DNA from: Tricharina praecox
Taxonomy: Eukaryota
Assembly (NCBI RefSeq): GCF_024521635.1
Contig: NW_026250403.1
Span: 3,162,001 to 3,203,600 of the forward strand
Reading direction: 5' to 3'
Length of the DNA: 41,600 nucleotides
Of this stretch, positions 23,847 through 34,031 are shown one piece after another. The translations under genes were made by a program, and so were the position numbers. The notes under the pieces are model-generated. The model did not search any database, was not told the origin of the DNA, and saw nothing but the letters and a program-made list of their open reading frames with translations. Position 1 is the first letter of the stretch. Every line of letters starts with the position of its first letter.

Positions 23847-25108
23847 CTAGTACTTGCTTCCACCCTGAAGATCCTGTTCAGTACCGCTCACTCTGGCTGC
23901 CGCAGATGCCTCCCCTTCGGCCTCTGCCAGTGTGGCCGCGGCGACGCGGTCCTTCTCCTCATTTTCCAACCGCACTTCCTTTCCGCGCTTGTAGAAATAC
24001 CACAACACGAGCAGGACCACTATGATGACCATTAGCACATTTCCGTAACACCGCCTCTTCCCAAGAGGGAAAACATACCGAACAACCCCATACTCAACGC
24101 AGCATTAGCACCCAAAATCATCGGGAACCGTAGCTTGAGAATGTTGACGACGCCTTTGAGCAAGCTCATCAGCGCGCCCGGTTGCGTCACGAGCGCCTTG
24201 AATCCGCCCTCCGTCGCCAAAGCAGGCGAGGCGGCCGCAGCGGCCTGGAGAAGCTCGGGCTTCAGCTTCGTGGGAAGTGTCTTGATCAGTTTCTGTAGGA
24301 ACGATGGGAGTCCCGTGAAGGTCTCCTCGAGTTGCGTGGAGCTGGTGTCGAGGAGTGATGTCAGATCGCCGTACGCTGTGGGTGCTCCGTTGCCAATGTC
24401 TTTGAGAATCTGTGTGAACTGGCCGAGGAGGATTTTGGTTTCTTTCGAGAGGGCGATTGCCTGGCCCTATTGATTGCGTTTTGTGTTAGAACTTGCCCGA
24501 GTGGAGTAAAAAAGAGCAGGAAGTATTACCTCTTCAGCGGTGAGATTCAGCTGCTCCAGTGCGTCAGTGAGCTCATCCTCGGGACGCTTGTACTTCTTCT
24601 TCTCCAACTCCTTCGCCTCCTTCAGCCTCCTCTTCTCCTCCTTCTTCTCCTCCTTCTTCGCCGCCTCCTCAGCCGCCTTCTCGGCCGCCTTCTTGCGATG
24701 CTGCACCGCCGCCGAGGAGACCGTGCGCTTCAAGCCGTCCCAGCGCGCAGTAATCACGCCCATCAACTCTTCCGTCTTGGGACCCTTAGTTTTCTCCCCG
24801 GCCTTAGCTTCCGGCTCAACCACCACAGGCTCAGCAGGCGTAGCAGTCTCAACGGGCGTCGTCGTTCCCGACGTCTCCCCAGACCCTGGGAAGATCACAT
24901 TGGGCTCGTCCGCCTTCTCGAGCTCCGCGGCAAGGAACGTTTCGTCGGCGGGCGAGAGCGCGGGTGATTTCGTGTCGTCGCTCTGTGCCTCTTCGGTCGA
25001 TGCCGCCGCCGCGGGGGCAGAGGTCGCTGCCGCGGGGACGGGAGTCTCTGGAGCTTTTCCCTTGTCCTTTGAGACGTTCGGTTTGAAGGTTTTGATGTAG
25101 GAGAGCAT
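23847..25108 (-). CDS. Uncharacterised fungal protein with C-terminal TM helix, about 379 aa; exons 25108-24530, 24466-24079, 24019-23847
   Basis: Introns 24529-24467 and 24078-24020 restore the frame; segments FTQILKDIGNGAPTAYGDL, LPSFLQKLI and LWYFYKRGKEVRL look like a conserved Pezizomycotina family (recall). Confidence 0.85.
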
Positions 25109-25564
25109 GGTTGTCGAGCTGTATGGGGCAGTTGTGTGAATTGAAGGAATGGAGAGGATAAGGTAGTGGGGGGAACGATCAAGCTTAATTAACTGTTCGG
25201 TTAGCGAAGGGGCTATGTATAATTTTGGTTTGACTTTGGCTTTGGTGTAGCCACTGGCCAGGCCAAGCTGGAGCAGCCGCCATGCCTGCCCTACGTCATT
25301 GTGGCGGAGGTCCCACGCGTGTGCTGAAACTTGATTTGCGGTTGGTTAGATGCCAACAGGCGCTGCGAGGTTTGGCGTGTTTCAGTAGTCTGGCGTCAGT
25401 TTCACGTGCAATTCTGTTCATATTTTTAGGCTGTGTGACCGAATGGCGAGTGCTAAGCTGTGATTGGACATGTTGTGTCTCCCTGCAGCTACCTATCCCA
25501 TTGTCCCAGCCCATACCCATTGACCACAGCCAATAACCACATTTATCATCACCAACACACCTCA

Positions 25565-26068
25565 ATGGCAACTTCCGCAGCCGTCGCCTCCTTCCCCACC
25601 CCGGCAGAGCACCATCTTACCGCCTTCTACCCACACTTCCTCACGCTCACTGCATTGATCTACCTCCTTGGTCCCTCAGCCGCCAGCATCACTCTAATCC
25701 TCTCGATCACGCTTATCACCGGCTGCCTGATCCTCCGTCCACAAGCATTCCCGCCCTCGCACTCAGCCGCGGTCGTTGCCGCCGCCTCTTCCGATATGCG
25801 CACCACGCAGGAGGTCCGAGCTTTCTACTACGGCTACATCAAGGGCTTCGAGGACGGGAAGCGAGACGGGGACACGGGTGTAGCTGTAGCTGCAGCGGTG
25901 GATGACGTCGACGATGTGGATGCGAGGAGTGAGCGCACTGTTGGCACCACTGCTACAAGGCCGAAGAGTGCGAGAGGCGGCATCTGTGGCCCCGCCGTCA
26001 TGTGGAAGGATCGCCCGGCGTTCTCGGCGAGTACGGGGTCCAGTCGACCTGCGAGTGTGCTCGGTTGA
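25565..26068 (+). CDS. Hypothetical membrane protein, 167 aa; possible readthrough to 26260
   Basis: ATG in a caATGG context, divergent from the 25108 gene; hydrophobic N-terminal segments; AFYYGYIKGFEDG motif. Confidence 0.6.
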   Translation: MATSAAVASFPTPAEHHLTAFYPHFLTLTALIYLLGPSAASITLILSITLITGCLILRPQAFPPSHSAAVVAAASSDMRTTQEVRAFYYGYIKGFEDGKRDGDTGVAVAAAVDDVDDVDARSERTVGTTATRPKSARGGICGPAVMWKDRPAFSASTGSSRPASVLG

Positions 26069-26835
26069 CGGTTGGGGAACGAGGGGAGGAGGAATGCGAG
26101 GAATGGGATGAGGAGAGGGAGGGTGGGCATGGCTAGCGGTGAGGTGGGAGTGGGCTTGGATGGGACGGTTGAGCTTTGGCTTGAGGGATGCTGCTGCGAA
26201 GGGGAGGACGACGAGACGCTTGATCCAGTGGACATTGTGGGTGAGCCGGACCGCAGTTGAAGGACAAGCGGTTGAGTTTTTTGTGCTCCCATTGTGAGGT
26301 TGAACTGGGCGTAGCAGTGGTCATTGAGGATGGAGTTCGGTGTGTGGGTTGTTTTGAGTAAAGAAACTATAATAAAACTGAATTTCCCTCAAGCAAGTTT
26401 GGTATCCTTTGAGTGACATTTCCTCAATGTCCACGAGAAATGAACATTAACATATCCCATTCAGCTTGTCTGCCAGTAAGCTTACCTACTCAGTAACCCT
26501 CAACTTTCCCGTAGACATAATAATGGGTGAGATCCTGTGATTCCTGACGTTGCGTGGAAAAACACTTTCTGATTTCCACCCTGATACGACTCTAGCTGTG
26601 ATTGAGCCTTCTTCATCCAAACAGTGACCTCAATGTCTATCCCACAGCATTGATCCGATGCCGAAGAGACAATCCACCATAAAGCTCTAGACGAAACGAC
26701 AATGTATCCAGGTAACCAACTTCGAAATTTTGAACCCAACCAAGTCCATTCCATGTCCATTCATCCTAAACTCCACGCGATATATACAGTACAAAAAAAA
26801 ATCCAAATCCGAGCACAAACATATCCCCCGCCATT

Positions 26836-28397
26836 TTACAATCTACTCAACACCGACCTCCTGACTGCCGCGCACATCCGCAAGTCAAACCGCTGATCCA
26901 CCATTTGCACATCCGCACAGCAGCGAGTTTACTCACCTCGCTTGTACTCCTCCGCGAGGACCTCCCAGGCCTTCTCGGCCTCGCCAAACGCATCGTACGC
27001 GAACAGGAACTTCTGGAACACTGGGTCTCTCCACCTGTTTGGGAAGCCCTCGGTGGGGTTGTCCTCAAGCATGATGCGGTCGCGCTCCTGCTGCTTGGCG
27101 CCGTCAGGCAGGTGGAAGACGTTCTGCAGGTCGGTGGAGCCCTGCACCACCGCGGTGGTGCGCGCCTTGCGCAGCCGCTCGTATGAGTCCAGCAGCGGCC
27201 GAAGGTTGTCCTTGTCCGCGGCGGTGACGTGTGCCAGGAGCCCGCCGAGAACGCCGCCGTCCTCGACGGCTTGTGCGGCGCCTTGCGCGAGGTAGGGGAG
27301 TGTCGCGTGGCAGGCGTCGCCGAGCAGGCAGAATTTGCCCTCGGGGTGCACCCAGGAGTCCATCTCCTTGGAGTTCTGTGGCGTTGTTAGGGAGTGCGCT
27401 TTCGCTGGTGGCAGGATGGAATGGAACGTACCTGCAGCTTCCACTTGAACGTCTTCTGCACAAGCTCCAGCAGCTTCTGCAGCCTGATGTCCCAGGTAGC
27501 GAAGATATCCCTCAGCTCCTGGAGGTCGGCATCCTGCTGCGCCATACCCTCGGGCAGGTTGTCGGGGCACACGAGGACAATGTTGTACAACTCGCCTCCC
27601 TTGAGCAGGTAGCAGACCGCGTGCGCACCAGGGCCCATCCAGTAGTTGATGACGGGCACCTCCGTCAACTGCGCCAAATCCGGGTCCTTCTTCATGTCGG
27701 ACGCCTTGACGAGAATGCGGTACGCAAGATCGCCCGTGTTGTGCGGCGGGTCCGCGTGCCCGACGTACAGCTCGCGGCACTTGCTCTTGAGCCCGTCCGC
27801 GGCAACGACGAGGTCGCAAGTCATAGTCACGCCGGTGGCGAGCGTAACGCTCGGGGCCGAGAAGTCGATCTCGTTGACATGGGCGTTGAGCACAACTATG
27901 TCACCCATTAACACAACCCCACCAAAAATCCACAACAAATCATCACATACCCTTAACACCAATCTCCTCCGCCCGCTTGATCATGACGTTGTGGAAGTCG
28001 GCACGGTGAATGTGCAGGTAGGGGGCCTTGTACGTCTCCTCGCAGTACGGCAGCATGGGCTGACGGTTGAGCTCGGGGCCCTTATACGAGCGCATGACGA
28101 ACGCATGCGGGAGCACCGACAGCCGGCGGATCTCCTCGCCGATGCCGAAGCGCTCCAGGATGCGCGCCGAGTTGGGCGGGATCTGGATTCCGGCTCCGAC
28201 CTGTTGTGCAGGAGATTGTCAGCACGGTGGGCGGTTGATTCTGGGGCGGGATAGGTTACCTCGCCGAGTGCCGGTGCTTGCTCGCAGACCGTGACTTGGT
28301 GCCCGGACTGGCGGATTGCGATTGCCGCGGCCAGACCGCCGAGGCCGGCGCCGACGACGATGACGTGCAGGGGGTTCTCCATGATGGGGGCAGACAT
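26836..28397 (-). CDS. Salicylate-hydroxylase-like group A FAD monooxygenase; exons 28397-28260, 28200-27951, 27895-27432, 27375-26937, 26864-26836 (439 aa, ends SRL), or stop at 26929 if the last intron is retained (432 aa)
   Basis: VVGAGLGG, EVGAGIQIPPN, ADGLKS, TGDLAYR, LLGDACHATLPYLAQGAAQAVED; canonical introns. Confidence 0.92.
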
Positions 28398-28950
28398 TGT
28401 TGGCGGGGAGAGGATGTAGGTGCGGGTGAAGACTGTGGGGACGGATCTTCTGATCACTGAGGAACCGAGCAGGCGGAAGGGCAGACGTGGACCGGGAATG
28501 GCTGGCGAGGGCGATGCTTTACTGCTCGTATGATATGTAGGTAGGGAGTTGCTTGCTTGCACTTTGCTGTCTCTATTTCCTGGGAGAGTGTCACAAGGGG
28601 CCGATATGTTATATACGAGAGGGACGTGGAATATATAATTCCATAAATCCGGGGAACGACCGCAACCTTGCGCGTCACTCGCGTTGGTACCTCATGGCGT
28701 CTGTAGCTGCAGCCGGGACATTTACAACTTCAGCCACTCCCCAGGGACTTCTGGCATCGGCATGCGGGGGCGGAGAGGAGGACCTTGGTGGGGCAACTTG
28801 TTGCACCTACCGGGACCGAGGCAAAAAGCGCGGGCCAATCCCTCTTCACGTGACCTGTTCGGAAAAACTCACTATGAAAGTGATATGATTGGTGGAAAAT
28901 TTATCCCCACCCCGCGAAACGCACTGGCTCTGCGGATAGAGGAAGCGTTC

Positions 28951-29000
28951 CCGAGAAAGATAACTTAGATAGGATGATAAGATAAGATAAGGTTTCTCGG
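28951..29000. promoter_or_regulatory. Array of five HGATAR sites bracketed by an 8-bp inverted repeat in the divergent monooxygenase/qutG promoter
   Basis: CCGAGAAA 28951-28958 and TTTCTCGG 28993-29000 enclose AGATAA, AGATAG, TGATAA, AGATAA, AGATAA. Confidence 0.45.
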
Positions 29001-29122
29001 CTTGCGGCGGCGAGCCGATCCGCGTGTAAGCGGCTACTGGCAAGACCCTGACGTATAATCGCGATGCTAAGGGTGTGCGTCACCCCGCAAGACGTGCTAG
29101 TTATCGGTCGCGCTCACGAACA

Positions 29123-30201
29123 ATGGCGGACAGCAACGACGACCTCAACATCGATGAGCTCTACGCCTTTGCGATTGACCTCTCCAAACGGGCGGGGCAG
29201 CTCCTGGTCGCGGCGACCGAGCAGCGTCGAGCAGCGCAGAACAACAACCATGTTATCTCCTCCACGCAGAAGCTGAACTCGGTCGATTTAGTCACGGAGA
29301 CAGACGAGCGTTCGTTACCCATCATCACCTTCATCAACTCCCATCCCGCACTCGCATGCTGACCATCGTCTACACCACTACAGAGCTCGAGAGCTTCATC
29401 AAATCCGCGATCGAAACCGCCTACCCCACGCACGCCTTCGTCGGCGAGGAGAGCTACTCCAAAGGTTCCTCGCGCGAGTACCTGATCACCCCCGACTCTC
29501 CACCAACATGGTGCATCGACCCGCTCGACGGCACCGTGAACTACGTGCACATGTTCCCCCTGGTGTGCATCAGCATCGCGTTGATCCACCGCGGCGAGCC
29601 CATCGTCGGCGTGATCAACGCGCCGTTCGCACACTCCCTCTTCTCCGGCGCCGTTGGTCTCGGCGCGTGGCTGAACGAGACCACCTCACTACCTCTTCTC
29701 CAGCCACCACCACCACTACCCGCCAACGCCCCGCGCGGCTGCATCTTCTCCTGCGAGTGGGGAAAAGACCGACGGGACGTGCCCGAAGGGAACCTGTACC
29801 GCAAGTCTGAGAGCTTCCTGAACATGGCCGCGGAGTTCGGTGGGAGGGGCGGTAAGGGCGGGATGGTGCACGGCGTGCGGTCTTTGGGGAGCGCAGCGCT
29901 GGACCTGGCATACACCGCCACCGGCGCCTTCGATATCTGGTGGGAGGGCGGCTGCTGGGAGTGGGATGTCGCCGCGGGAATATGCATCCTGCGCGAGGCC
30001 GGTGGGTTAGTGACGAATGGCGCGCCCCCCGAGGATGGCAGTGAGGATGTGGGAGACGTGAGGCTGGGCGGGAGGAGGTACCTTGGTATTCGTGCCGCGG
30101 GCGAGACCGAACTGGAGAGTGCGAGGGACGCACAGCTGCGCGTCGTGCGCGAGGTGTGGCGGCGCGTGGTCCCGCTGGATTACTCCAGGCCGGGAGGCTA
30201 G
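29123..30201 (+). CDS. qutG: Inositol monophosphatase-family protein, QutG/QA-X type, 334 aa; exons 29123-29309, 29384-30201
   Basis: VDLVTETD, GEES, WCIDPLDGTVNY, WEWDVAAG; EWGKDRRD..GN and GGKGGMVHGVRSLGSA inserts recalled from QutG/QA-X; intron 29310-29383; lies near a quinate permease. Confidence 0.88.
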
Positions 30202-31214
30202 ACGGCGGGCCCACGACAGAGACGGAGATGGAGACGGACGGCCGGAACGGAATGGTTCCGGAAGTTTGTGTAGACGGATTTTCTTTTCCTTTGCTTTTCT
30301 TTTGCGTTGGTGTGTTTTGTGATTACCTAGAGACTTTTTACTTTGCTTTAGCTGTGACGCTCCCTTTCGATACTTTTTTCAATCTACTGTTCCCTAGATA
30401 CCTGGAATTATACTCTACTTTCCACTCTACTTTATCCAGCGCTTCTGATATGGCCAACTGGCCTGTCATCCGATCCCGGCGCGGGTGGGTATGTAGTAGG
30501 TGGTGTTAGTTATCGCGTGGAATGCAGCCGATGTGACCATGTGGAGCCATTTCCTAGTCGGAATGGACTGACATGTCGTGACAGCGCCTGATCGCCAACG
30601 GGCAGCGGGCAGCAGCCAGCCCAGGCTAATAGCGACGGACATTCATCCCACCACTCACACACACGCGTATATCATCGCAACTACACCATCAGCATCATCA
30701 AACGATTAGAATTCCGCAGCTTTCATAAATACAAATGCACCACCCGTCCCCCGTCCCCCGTCCCCCGTCCCCCCCGCCGACGTATACATACAAACATACA
30801 TACAACCGAGCAGCCAGCCAGTCCATCCCTAAAGTTACACGCCAAAGGCAAAAACAAAAACAAAAACGAATATATAACAAACAAACAAAAGCCGAAGAAG
30901 AAAAATCGAAGCAAAATCGAAGAAGACTCCCCCCGCAGATCCGCAGATACAGCCATCCAACCTTTTTCCTCCGCCTCCCACCTCCCCCCCTCTCACGCCT
31001 CGACCGATACCGCGCCCCAATACGCAAGCAAACGCCCCCATAAATAATACAAACAAAATCCCCATATTTAGGAAAAAGACATAAACTCCACCAATCGTTT
31101 GTTTCTCCCTCACGGATATAAAACCCGCCGTCGAGTCGAGTCGCTCCGGAGTCTCGTGGACCTACCGGCTGACGACATCTGGTCCCACCAGAATCAACAC
31201 GCCCCGACGAACTA

Positions 31215-31615
31215 TCAATTGCCATCCCCACCTACTACTATCCTCCCGGTCCCACCACCGCCACCGCCGCCGCCTCCTCCTCCTCCTCCCATCCACCTAC
31301 TATCATCTACCCGTTGTTCCTCCATCAACGGCGCTCCACCGTCGAAGCCGCCCTCCCTCTCCGCCATCTCGGCTAGCATACTCAGTAGCGGATCACGTTC
31401 CTGCTCGATGATGTTCATATCCTGGACACCTCCATCGTCACCGCCGCTGCCACCGCCGCCCACCGCATCCGGCTGCATATGCTGGAAACCCTGACCAAAG
31501 TCTTCGTACTCGAAGCCGGCGTGGCTGGTGAAATTGGCGACCGAGAGGAACTGCAAGTCCTGCGGTGTGGTGGGCGAGAACGGGTATTCCTCTATATATT
31601 GCTGCTGCTGTGACC

Positions 31616-31646
<31 letters not shown>

Positions 31647-34031
31647 TTGGTGCAAAAGAGATGGTACCGGGTTGTACCCAATAGTGTTCTGCTGCGACTT
31701 CATCGCGGGAATGCCCAGGAATGATCTGGTCACCGGTTAGCCCTGGGGACACCACAGCTAGGAGAGGGATGGTTACAAGTCGGTGTCGTCCTCCGTGGCA
31801 TCGAAGAATGGAACATGGCAAGCCTCGAAGCCTCCGCCCTGCGCAGCATAGCGGTCATAAAAGTCATCGAGGTGAAAGACGCTGGCCGGCCGCCTGTCCG
31901 GAAAATAGGACGACACCAGCTTCTCGTGGCAGTGGTACAGCTTCTTGAGGATGAAGAGCTGCTGCCGCATACAAGCCCAGAACCCCGTTAGCGCTCGGAC
32001 CTGCGTTAACACCGTAACTAAGTTTTCCCGGCACCGACGGAACGCTTCCGATCCCTTGTAGAAGACGCCGTGTACGAGCACGCTAGCAGCGGTCGAGAGA
32101 CAGAAACCGGCAAAGGCGGGCCATTCGATGGCGGGTGTCATTCCGGCGACGGAGATCAGGTCGACAAGCGCGTTCGCATGCTGGAAACAGACTTTCGTCG
32201 CTTCCATCTGCCAGGCTTGTTGTGTGCCGTTGCCGTCCAGCTCGGCGAGGTCGATCGGGAGGAAGTTGCGGTACATCAGACAATGGATCACGTGCCAGAC
32301 GCTGCGGGCGAGAAAGAGGCTGGTCGCGTCGGGAGTCGGGGGAACGCCTTCCCGGAGGTCACGCGAAGAAGCCCATGTGTTGAGTTCGTTGCGGATACGC
32401 GAGAGATTCGAAGATGCATGCCATGGGAAATGGGAGTCTCCCTTCACACCGCCGGACTGTGTGTACCGTATCGTTCGGCCCAGGATACGCACCACATCCA
32501 CGAGAAGATTACTGTTAGAGATCTGCGTACCAAATCCCACGCCAGTTTCGGAGAAGAACGGCGAGTCCGAAGGTATCCCGCGGCGGAACGAGTCCTCGGT
32601 GCACGGAAGACGTAGGTATATCGAGCGATCGGAGAAGCAGGGTGGGCGCACGGAACCGCAAACAGTGAAACGGTCCATGAGATAGCATGTCCAGAAGACA
32701 CGGCGGCGGACTTCTTGCTCGAGATGCGAGGAGGGATGCGTAGACGGAAGTTCCCGGTGGAGGTCGAGCGCGAGGGTCATTCGAATCGCGGAGCCTGATT
32801 GATGTCAGTATGCCGCCACATGCTATGGGGAAGAGTGGAGAACATGCCCATCTGCATGAAGCTCTTCTTGCCGTATCCCATAGCGTAGTATGTCATCGAC
32901 AGCAGCAACATTGACTGTAGATTCTCGAGCGTTGGCTCATCAGAATCCACCTCTCTCCTTGCGCTCGCCGCGAATTCCTCACTGTATTCTTGCGCCGACT
33001 TTATACCCAGTTCGTGGATCGGTGTATATCTATAAACGTTATCATCGAAATATTCCCCCCCTCTCTGTCGCACCCCCGAACCCAACCCACCTCACGGAAA
33101 CGGCGCATAGCGTATTGAGAATATGATGTGGCACCCTTCCCTCAGCCCACTGCTGACGGAACAGGCCCTCGTGAAACAGTGTGTAGGGTTTCCCATTGAC
33201 GCGCTCAAAGAAGACGTCGACGAGCCGTCGTATTAATCGTTCATCCGGTGAAGTGGCCGGAGGTCCTGTGATGACTATGTGTGCTGACGGAGTTATGCTC
33301 GCTGAGGGCGATGGTCCCGAGCCTTCCGGTGAAGATGTCGCTGGCCGTTTCCTCGATGCCACACTGCTAGTATTGCTATTGTCCGCGCCTGGCGAATCGC
33401 GCGTTGGGCCACCTGTAGTTTCCGTGTCGCCCAGCCGCTTCTCCAATCCGTCGATGCGCTTCAGCAGTTCCTCGAGCACTTCTGTTTTCGGCCCACGTTT
33501 CTTGGGCACCGCGTCTACCGGTCTCAGCTCCCTCGATCGCTTTCTTCGTACCCGGGAATGCGGGGGGAATGGGATGGGATATGATGGGATGGGACGGGAT
33601 GGGATGGATGGTAGTACCATAGATGCACTCGCAGCGAAAAACGTCGCAGGCGTTGCATGACGGCCGGGTTCTTGAACATTTGATCTGTATGCGCGGGTGT
33701 AACGATGTCAGCAGGCCGTTGTCCGGTATTTCGCTGCATTTCTCAGCGGTGTGCACTTTCGGAAATGGATGACGGCATCTGTGGCTTGCGCGTTCTGGCT
33801 GGTCCGGTTCCGACTGACCTTGCGTTTACGACAGCTCTTGCAGTTCATGTTTTCGCGCGCCTCGCTCGTGTATCGCCGTGCAGCGGGAAGCTTGGAGATC
33901 GGGAGCGTGCCAGCCGGTTGCTGCTGCTGCGACTGCTGCGACTGCTGCTGCGACTGCTGTTGCGACTGGGGCTGCAGCGATGGCTCCTGGGTTACAGAGC
34001 TGCCGCTGGCGGCAGTGGATGGCCGCGACAT
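31215..34031 (-). CDS. Zn(II)2Cys6 transcription factor with fungal-specific TF domain, about 804 aa; exons 34031-33819, 33684-33618, 33514-33091, 33029-32848, 32794-31777, 31725-31215
   Basis: [40 protein letters not shown]; middle homology region LDLHRE..EVRRRVFWTCYLMDRF; polyQ and polyG in the tail; one GC-AG intron 32847-32795. Confidence 0.9.
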
